From: Acutalibacteraceae bacterium
Lineage (GTDB): Bacteria; Bacillota; Clostridia; Oscillospirales; Acutalibacteraceae
DNA length: 32,000 nt
Reading direction: 5' to 3'
Assembly (NCBI GenBank): GCA_045631965.1
Contig: JAZQVR010000032.1
Location: 1-32,000, forward strand
The translations under genes and the position numbers were made by a program. The notes beneath the pieces were generated by a model. The model did not search any database, was not told the origin of the DNA, and worked only from the letters and a program-made list of their open reading frames with translations. Positions 25,619-32,000 of this stretch are shown here, piece by piece (positions within the stretch are counted from its first letter, which is position 1; each line of letters starts with the position of its first letter).

Positions 25619-26248
25619 ATGAAAAAATCGCTGACATTAAATCTTAAAGAATTGAAAACTTACACATCAGAGTGGCTCGAAGAAATAATAAAAAACCGTC
25701 GCAAATTAATGCTGACGGTTTTATCTGTGTTTGGCTTATGGTATGGTACAAGATTATACATAAATTATTCTGCTAATATTATTGAGGTTCTGAACCGGTT
25801 AATACAGCCGTTTATTAATCATCTTACTTTAAAATCGTTTGTTGTATTGCTTATATTGAATCTGATGCCGGTATTATTATCTTTTTTAAGCGGCTTTTTT
25901 GTTTTCGGTATGCCGCTGTCAATGGTTAGCCCGTGCATATCAGGAGCTTTGACAGGCGCTGTAAATGCGTGGATTTTCAGCACATACAGACTTAACGGAG
26001 TCTTTTTTTCGCTGTTGTCAATTATTCCTTTTGCAATAGTGACAACAATAATGCTTCTTGTTTCTTGTAATGAATCCATCATTTTATCGGGTCAGCTGTC
26101 CAAATCTGTTTTTTTAAAAGAAACAGGCGAGAGGGGAGAGGTAAAAGATTTTTTTATAAGACACATAATAATAATGGCTGTTACGGTTGCAGTTACATTT
26201 TTGCAGGTTATTACAATAACAAATCTTTGCGGTAAATTACTTGTCTGA
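25619..26248 (+). CDS. Polytopic membrane protein, possibly stage II sporulation protein M-like
   Basis: About 5 TM segments, 209 aa, next to a Xer-type recombinase gene as for B. subtilis spoIIM/ripX. The assignment is tentative. Confidence 0.4.
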   Translation: MKKSLTLNLKELKTYTSEWLEEIIKNRRKLMLTVLSVFGLWYGTRLYINYSANIIEVLNRLIQPFINHLTLKSFVVLLILNLMPVLLSFLSGFFVFGMPLSMVSPCISGALTGAVNAWIFSTYRLNGVFFSLLSIIPFAIVTTIMLLVSCNESIILSGQLSKSVFLKETGERGEVKDFFIRHIIIMAVTVAVTFLQVITITNLCGKLLV

Positions 26249-27226
26249 TACTTTTTTCTTACCTTTTTTGTCTGCTAATGGGTTTGATGCAACCGCTTGT
26301 CTTATTTGTTCATTTGCTACGTGTGTATAAATCTGCGTAGTTGAAAGGTTTTCATGTCCTAAAATTTCTTTAAGCAGCATTACATCAACATTTCCGTGTT
26401 GATACATCAATGTTGCGGCTGTGTGACGAAGCTTATGTACGGAGTATCCTTCTTCAGTTATACCTGCATTTTCGAGATATTTTTTTACGATAAACTGCAC
26501 GTTTCTGCGGCTGATTCGATTTTTCTGTCTGCTTATAAACAGTGCGTTTCTGTCTTTCAATCCGTCTCGCGGTCTTACCTGAAGATATCGGTTGAGTGCG
26601 TGTATGCAAGCATCATTAAGATAAACAATGCGTTCTTTATTTCCTTTACCGATTATTCTGACACTGTTATCAGGACGGATACTGTTCAGGTTTAGTCCTA
26701 CAAGTTCCGATAAACGCATTCCGCAATTAAGAAAGAAAGTTAAAATACAATAATCACGCTCAAAAAACTGGCCGTCAACAGAATCGAGCAAATCCTGACT
26801 TTGTTCTAATGTCAGATACTTTGGGAGAGATTTATTCACATTTGGCGAATCGAGATCTTTAGCGGGATTGTTTTCAATAATACCTTGGCTCGAAAGATAT
26901 TTAAAGAACATTCGTACGGATGATACTTTTCTGGAACGTGTTTTTGCGTTGTTTTTGAGATTCATTGTACAATAAGAAAGAAATGAATAAATATCAGCGA
27001 TTTTGATTGATTTAATAAAGGCTTCATCTATATCATTAATTTCTATTGTATTTAACGGAGTATCCATCGGCAGTTTGTGTTTAATCATTTTAAGAAATCT
27101 GAAAAACGTTCGTAAATCAGAAGCGTATTCAAGCACAGTTAATTGAGATTTGTTTTTAACAGTTAATTGATAATAAACAAATTGTTGAACCAGATCAGGC
27201 AGTAAATAAATATCATCCTTGCGCAT
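26237..27226 (-). CDS. Site-specific tyrosine recombinase, XerC/XerD family
   Basis: Catalytic set: GMRLSEL (Arg), GKGNKER (Lys), HKLRHTAAT (His-x-x-Arg), LGHENLSTTQIYTHV (His, Tyr). N-terminal SAM-like core-binding domain. Confidence 0.9.
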   Translation of the reverse strand: MRKDDIYLLPDLVQQFVYYQLTVKNKSQLTVLEYASDLRTFFRFLKMIKHKLPMDTPLNTIEINDIDEAFIKSIKIADIYSFLSYCTMNLKNNAKTRSRKVSSVRMFFKYLSSQGIIENNPAKDLDSPNVNKSLPKYLTLEQSQDLLDSVDGQFFERDYCILTFFLNCGMRLSELVGLNLNSIRPDNSVRIIGKGNKERIVYLNDACIHALNRYLQVRPRDGLKDRNALFISRQKNRISRRNVQFIVKKYLENAGITEEGYSVHKLRHTAATLMYQHGNVDVMLLKEILGHENLSTTQIYTHVANEQIRQAVASNPLADKKGKKKVSDK

Positions 27227-27440
27227 ATTAAATACCTCAATAAAAAATCATTAATTTGATGTGTATTGCAAGAAAAATACAAAAAGTTGCTGAAACTATT
27301 GCCGATACACATATTTATTATAAAAAGCATATTTTTGTTAATTTAACTCCCCTTACTTGCACAAAACATTTATTTTGTGCAAGTGACAATTTTAGTTTAT
27401 CATATGTTTTAACGTTTGTCAAGCACCCTATTCTATTATG

Positions 27441-27474
27441 ATAAAATAAAAAAACCGCCGAAAAACGACGGTTT
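27441..27474 (-). terminator. Intrinsic terminator downstream of nrdR
   Basis: On the minus strand, aaaccgtcg/cggcggttt form a hairpin (one mismatch) followed by TTTTTTTATTT. Confidence 0.6.
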
Positions 27475-27481
27475 AATTTAC

Positions 27482-27937
27482 TTATTTCTCACTTAAGAGT
27501 TTTGAAAGTTCATTCATAAATGTATTGATATCTTTAAACTGACGATAAACAGAAGCAAATCTGACGTATGCTACTTCGTCAAGTCCCTTAAGCTTGTCCA
27601 TAGCAAGCTCACCGATATATACCGATGTTACCTCACGGTCAAGCGAATTCTGAATTGTAAGCTCAATATCGTTAACAACGCTGTCGATCTGAGCAATTGA
27701 TACAGGACGCTTTTCGCATGCACGAAGTAAACCGTTGAACAGCTTCTGTCTGTCGAAAGGCTCGCGTGATTTATCCTTCTTGACAACAATTATCGGAACA
27801 CTTTCAATTATCTCGTATGTTGTAAAACGCTTGGAGCACTTGATACACTCACGGCGACGACGTATACGCTCGCCTTCATCGGTCGGTCTGGAATCAATAA
27901 CTTTGCTTTCTTCAAAGCCGCAAAAAGGACATTTCAT
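27482..27937 (-). CDS. nrdR: Transcriptional repressor NrdR
   Basis: MKCPFCG...[17 protein letters not shown] zinc ribbon followed by an ATP-cone. Confidence 0.95.
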   Translation of the reverse strand: MKCPFCGFEESKVIDSRPTDEGERIRRRRECIKCSKRFTTYEIIESVPIIVVKKDKSREPFDRQKLFNGLLRACEKRPVSIAQIDSVVNDIELTIQNSLDREVTSVYIGELAMDKLKGLDEVAYVRFASVYRQFKDINTFMNELSKLLSEK

Positions 27938-27999
27938 TTGATATCACTTCCTATATTTAGTATTATAATTATAACACATTAAAATTCTTTTGCAAGATA

Positions 28000-28779
28000 T
28001 TACAGCAATATTTTGTCAAATTTAACTGCTGCATCTACAATTTGTTGGGAATTCTTAAAGTTTTTTCGGTATAGTTCTATTATATATTTACCGCTATATC
28101 CTTTTGATTTTAGTGATGATACTATTTCAGCAAAATTTGTATCCCCTTCAAACGGCGGCAAACAATCTGAGTTTTGATTACCGTCGCTTAAGTGTATGTG
28201 ATCTATTTGTTCTCCAACGCTTTCGATAAATTTAAAAGGGCTCACCCCTGCCCTGCGACATTGCTTCAGATCAAGTGTCATCGAAAACTCATTTCCCAGA
28301 TAATCTGACATGTTTTTTATGAAGTCAGGTGATTGAGAACGAAAAAGAACAACGTTTTCCTGGGAAACGGTAACACCGAATTCACGCCCGATTCTGTAAA
28401 GCCTTGCATATCTTTCAAAATACTCTTCGTTATCGGCGTACGGTCCGATTTTTGCACCGTGAAGAATAAGGAATTTTGCCCCGAGCAGTGCTGCAAATTC
28501 GAAATAATGCTTATAAAAATCCATTCCGTCGTCTGTTCTTCGCGGATATGTGCCGAAAAGTACGGTCGACTCAGCAAATGATGTAAAAGGATGAATAGAT
28601 GTGATATTAAGGCCGTAATGGTCTTTTATAGCCTTGAATTCATTTTGCATCGGATTAATAAGCTCCGAATACGTGTTTACGAAAATCTCTACATTTGTAA
28701 AACCTGATTCACCGCAATTTATCAGCGCTCTCTCGGTTTCTAACGGATAAAAGCATGAGCTTGACATACCTGTAATCAT
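28000..28779 (-). CDS. Sugar phosphate isomerase/epimerase (xylose-isomerase-like TIM barrel)
   Basis: Family-typical pattern (NVEIF..., LILHG..., QENV..., HIHLSD). Confidence 0.7.
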   Translation of the reverse strand: MITGMSSSCFYPLETERALINCGESGFTNVEIFVNTYSELINPMQNEFKAIKDHYGLNITSIHPFTSFAESTVLFGTYPRRTDDGMDFYKHYFEFAALLGAKFLILHGAKIGPYADNEEYFERYARLYRIGREFGVTVSQENVVLFRSQSPDFIKNMSDYLGNEFSMTLDLKQCRRAGVSPFKFIESVGEQIDHIHLSDGNQNSDCLPPFEGDTNFAEIVSSLKSKGYSGKYIIELYRKNFKNSQQIVDAAVKFDKILL

Positions 28780-28861
28780 AATCGGTTCATTCCCCTGTTA
28801 CCAGAAATTTGCCTTTGAAATAATAAAATACGTATATTATAATTGCCTTGGTGATGTTTTG

Positions 28862-29110
28862 ATGAAAACATTTTTTATATTATATCATAGCTTATCTGAT
28901 TTTTCACGCATTTTGTTTGATATTTTATTGGCATTATCTTTCTCGCTGGTTATATTTTCTTTTATTTGCTTTAATTTTGCTGAATATAGCGGAGTTTATT
29001 ATGATATCAGAGTATTGAGCTTTGAACTTATAACTCTGCTAAGATCAACGTTTTTTATACTTTCCGCAGGTATAGTAATAACAAATTATATTGAAAAAAA
29101 AGAGCGATGA
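28862..29110 (+). CDS. Hypothetical small membrane protein
   Basis: 82-codon ORF with two or three hydrophobic stretches. No clear SD. AT-rich. It could be spurious. Confidence 0.3.
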   Translation: MKTFFILYHSLSDFSRILFDILLALSFSLVIFSFICFNFAEYSGVYYDIRVLSFELITLLRSTFFILSAGIVITNYIEKKER

Positions 29111-29125
29111 ATCATCGCTCTTTTT
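29094..29125. terminator. Bidirectional intrinsic terminator
   Basis: agagcgat (29101-29108) pairs with atcgctct (29114-29121), flanked by an A run on the left and a T run on the right. Confidence 0.7.
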
Positions 29126-30026
29126 ATGAAATTTCTTCGTTTCTGATTACATCTGCAACTTCACTTATTGTTACAAATGCATGAGGATCTATATTATGAA
29201 CAATCATCTTCATTTTAGATATCTGAAACCTGTTAAGAACAAAATAAATAACGGTTTTTTCGTTGTTGGAATATCCGCCTCTTGCATACAATTTGGTTGT
29301 ACCGCTTTCGAAAGCAGCCATAAGCGCATCGCTTATTGTATCAGGCTCATCGGTTACTATCATAGCAGCCTTACTTCTGTCAAGACCTTCAATTATAAAA
29401 TCTACTGTCTTAAGTGCGGCACCGTAAGTAATGATTGAATACAACGGTAAAATCCAGCTGTCTAACAGTATACCGGCAATTACATATAATATAACGTTAT
29501 ATATCATAACGAATGTGCCAACGGTGATGCCAATTTTTTTTGAAAAAATTACAGCCATAACTTCAATTCCGTCAATCGCTCCGCCATAACGGATTGTTAT
29601 ACCGCTGCCTATACCGGATATTACTCCACCAAAAAGTCCGCACAAAAACAAATCGTCACCTGCAAGCGGAGATGTAATACTGACATCAATAGGTAAAATA
29701 TATGTTATAAGCCACGCTACAGTTGAATAGACTGCGACTGTAAATATTGAGTAAACAGTGAAAACAATCCCCTGTTTTTTGAGACCGAAAATAAACATCG
29801 GAATATTTAGTAAAATCAGACATATTGAAAGCGTTATTTGTGGCGGTGTCAACTGAGAAATAAGCATTGATGTACCGGAAATACCGCTGTCGTACAGGTT
29901 TACCGGAGTCAGGAACATTGTAACACCAATCGAATTTATAATACCCGCAATAAACAAGAAAAAGAAATTTTTAAAATGAAACTTTTCAACAAACGCTATA
30001 TTTTTAATTGTCTTTTTATTAGCCAT
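29124..30026 (-). CDS. YitT-family membrane protein (with C-terminal DUF2179)
   Basis: Five or six TM segments, GGxxG-rich loops, then a soluble C-terminal domain (MIVTDEP...GTTKLYARGGY...FVTISEV), typical of YitT/DUF2179. Confidence 0.8.
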   Translation of the reverse strand: MANKKTIKNIAFVEKFHFKNFFFLFIAGIINSIGVTMFLTPVNLYDSGISGTSMLISQLTPPQITLSICLILLNIPMFIFGLKKQGIVFTVYSIFTVAVYSTVAWLITYILPIDVSITSPLAGDDLFLCGLFGGVISGIGSGITIRYGGAIDGIEVMAVIFSKKIGITVGTFVMIYNVILYVIAGILLDSWILPLYSIITYGAALKTVDFIIEGLDRSKAAMIVTDEPDTISDALMAAFESGTTKLYARGGYSNNEKTVIYFVLNRFQISKMKMIVHNIDPHAFVTISEVADVIRNEEIS

Positions 30027-30091
30027 AATTTCACCTGCAAAATTTAATAATTTATGTTTATTATATTAATGCAGGTAAGAAAAAATGAATA

Positions 30092-31051
30092 TTAAATCAT
30101 AGGTTTATTGTCACAAATCATACCGGCATTAACTTTATCAAAATACCATGATGATGTAGGCACAACAAATGTAATACCCTTTTCAACAATTTCAAAAGTA
30201 CAATCGGTTACATACTCACATTCGCCGTCAATGTTGACAGCTGCGGGCTTTTCACTATGGATTGTGAGCTTTTTACCGCGTTCAAATGTGGTAATATCCC
30301 AATCAAGATGCTCTCCACGCTTATATTTATTGATAAGACCGAGGAGTTTTACTCTGGGCATATTCTTCTTAACGTGAACAAAGTCAAGCAGGCCATCATC
30401 AGGCATTGCGTGAGGTGCAGCCATATAGCCGCCGCCATACCAACGTGAGTTACCGCAATAGCAGAAAAGTGTAGGTGCGGTAAATGGTTCTTTATCGTCA
30501 AACTGCACTGTAAACGTGCTCTTCATTTTACCGATAAATGAGTAGAGAAGTGATGCAGTGTATGCAGCTTCACCGCCCATAAAGGGAATCTTCTTGAATT
30601 TTGCCTGGCCTGCACAAACTTCAGCATCAAGACCCATCGAACACTGATTTATAGCGATTTTGCCAAGGCATTTGATAACGTCAAGCTGTAAGGGAGTTCC
30701 TTTTACCTGCGCCTCAATATTTATAAGGTCCTCTTTTGTGCCGAAAAGGCGGATAAAGTCGTTACCGGAGCCGAGGGGAATAACAGCAACCTGAGTGTTG
30801 GGTTTACCGTAAGCACCGTTTACAACCTCAAAAAGTGTGCCGTCACCGCCACAGGCATAAAACCTTACGGTTTCCTCCCCTACTTCGTAATTCTTTACAA
30901 AATCAATACCCTCATAAGCTGCAGTGGTTTCGTGGATTTCATAAGGTTCATCAAAATTTGCGAAAAACTCTTCAATCATCGGACCTATATATGCAAGACC
31001 TCTGTTTTTACCTTTACCTGCACATGGATTAACAACAAATATATGTTTCAT
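30092..31051 (-). CDS. Diacylglycerol-kinase-family lipid kinase (YegS/DagK-like)
   Basis: MKHIFVVNPCAGKGK, ACGGDGTLFEVVNG, PLGSGNDF. Confidence 0.85.
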   Translation of the reverse strand: MKHIFVVNPCAGKGKNRGLAYIGPMIEEFFANFDEPYEIHETTAAYEGIDFVKNYEVGEETVRFYACGGDGTLFEVVNGAYGKPNTQVAVIPLGSGNDFIRLFGTKEDLINIEAQVKGTPLQLDVIKCLGKIAINQCSMGLDAEVCAGQAKFKKIPFMGGEAAYTASLLYSFIGKMKSTFTVQFDDKEPFTAPTLFCYCGNSRWYGGGYMAAPHAMPDDGLLDFVHVKKNMPRVKLLGLINKYKRGEHLDWDITTFERGKKLTIHSEKPAAVNIDGECEYVTDCTFEIVEKGITFVVPTSSWYFDKVNAGMICDNKPMI

Positions 31052-31069
31052 ATTTTCATCTCTTTTCGT

Positions 31070-32000
31070 TTATTTAAAATACATATATACCTGGCACTTT
31101 ATCATGCCGTTGTAAAGCTTGCGTCGCTTATCTGCCTTTCTGCCGAAATCCTGTTCGAATGTTTCGGATGGACTGATAATTGTGTATGACCAGCCATGTT
31201 TGCGTTCAAACACACGACCCATTATTGAGTATAACCTTGAAGCCTCATTAATGTCAAGTAGTCTTTCACCGTATGGCGGATTGCAGATCAAAGTACCCTT
31301 TTCTGTTTCGCCTTTAAAATTACGAACATCAGCAACTGTTACCTTGACTTTATCGGCAACACCGGCTTGTTTAGCGTTAAGTAAAGCTAAATCTACAGCT
31401 TCCTGAGAAATATCAGACCCTATAGCTAAAAAATCACAGTCGCGTTTTTCAAGGTCGCGTGCACGCTCTTTTTCGGTTTTCCATATAGAACGGTCAAGCT
31501 GATCCCAACGATCGCAGGAGAAATTACGGTTGAGACCGGGAGCAATATTCATTGCCATCAAGGCGCCCTCTACAAGTATTGTGCCGGATCCGCACATAGG
31601 ATCATACAGTGTATGATAGCTGCGAAGACGTGATGCATTGCAAAGTGCTGCAGCAAGCGTCTCTTTTATAGGTGCAGCATTTGATTGAGGTCTGTATCCC
31701 CTTTTATGCAAACCTGCACCAGATGTGTCAAGTAAAAGCGTAACTACATCTTTATTAAAAGAAAATTGAATCTGATGAACAGGACCTGTTTCGTCAAACC
31801 ATTGCAGATTATATTGGCTTTTAAGTCTTTCAACTACTGCTTTCTTAATAATTGCCTGGCAGTCACGCACACTGAAAAGTGTTGAATTAATCGAATAACC
31901 CTTAACCGGGAAGGCATCTCTGCTGCCAATCCAACGTTCCCATTCAAGTGATTTTGTGCCCTGAAACAGTTCTTCAAATGTTTTGGCAACAAATGAACCT
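31070..32000 (-). CDS. THUMP-domain class I SAM-dependent RNA methyltransferase (RlmL/YpsC-like); N-terminus outside the window
   Basis: DPMCGSGTILVEGA (motif I) and NPPYGERL (motif IV). The frame stays open upstream of the track start to the window edge (...FVAKTFEELFQGTKSLEWERWIGSRDAFPVKGYSINSTLFSVRDCQ). Confidence 0.85.
   Translation of the reverse strand, partial: GSFVAKTFEELFQGTKSLEWERWIGSRDAFPVKGYSINSTLFSVRDCQAIIKKAVVERLKSQYNLQWFDETGPVHQIQFSFNKDVVTLLLDTSGAGLHKRGYRPQSNAAPIKETLAAALCNASRLRSYHTLYDPMCGSGTILVEGALMAMNIAPGLNRNFSCDRWDQLDRSIWKTEKERARDLEKRDCDFLAIGSDISQEAVDLALLNAKQAGVADKVKVTVADVRNFKGETEKGTLICNPPYGERLLDINEASRLYSIMGRVFERKHGWSYTIISPSETFEQDFGRKADKRRKLYNGMIKCQVYMYFK

Noticed and set aside
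26237-26248. A 12-nt convergent overlap between the SpoIIM-like gene and the Xer recombinase gene.
   Set aside because: Short convergent 3' overlaps are common in compact genomes, and nothing else is unusual here.

Overview
The window looks like a low-GC Firmicutes/Clostridia-type chromosome. This is inferred from gene content: a TnpV/TnpW/large-serine-recombinase element, a SpoIIM-like gene, and asd-dapA-dapB and queA-tgt-yajC clusters. It splits into two parts.

(A) 1-12983 is nested mobile DNA. The 3' end of an IS3-family insertion sequence (1-140) sits 16 bp from a roughly 12.8-kb Tn4451-like integrative element (about 166-12974). The element is bounded by imperfect terminal inverted repeats and a 9-bp direct repeat that includes the 3' end of tRNA-Leu(UAA). 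It has tnpV at the left end and a tightly coupled RHH-RHH-ParB-TnpW-serine recombinase module at the right end. I see no relaxase or T4SS genes, and the RepA_N gene looks truncated.

Its cargo is the interesting part:
- An AT-rich four-gene cassette (806-4831) encoding an SF1 helicase-like ATPase, an orphan 206-aa protein, a GNAT acetyltransferase and an Rx4H HEPN protein. I cannot match this to any named defence or toxin-antitoxin system, and it is my top candidate for an undescribed system.
- A SAM-methyltransferase plus alkaline-phosphatase-superfamily pair, preceded by a promoter, a 37-codon leader ORF and a strong terminator (attenuator-like).
- About 600 bp of non-coding DNA containing a consensus promoter, a roughly 240-nt structured transcript and an intrinsic terminator.
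- An oppositely oriented NUDIX hydrolase.

(B) 12978-32000 is ordinary housekeeping DNA: tRNA-Leu, a CofE-like gene, trkA-trkH, asd-dapA-dapB, queA-tgt-yajC, a Xer-type recombinase, nrdR, a YitT-family gene, a DAG-kinase-family gene and a THUMP methyltransferase.

All calls come from reading the translations and sequence by eye. No database search was run.
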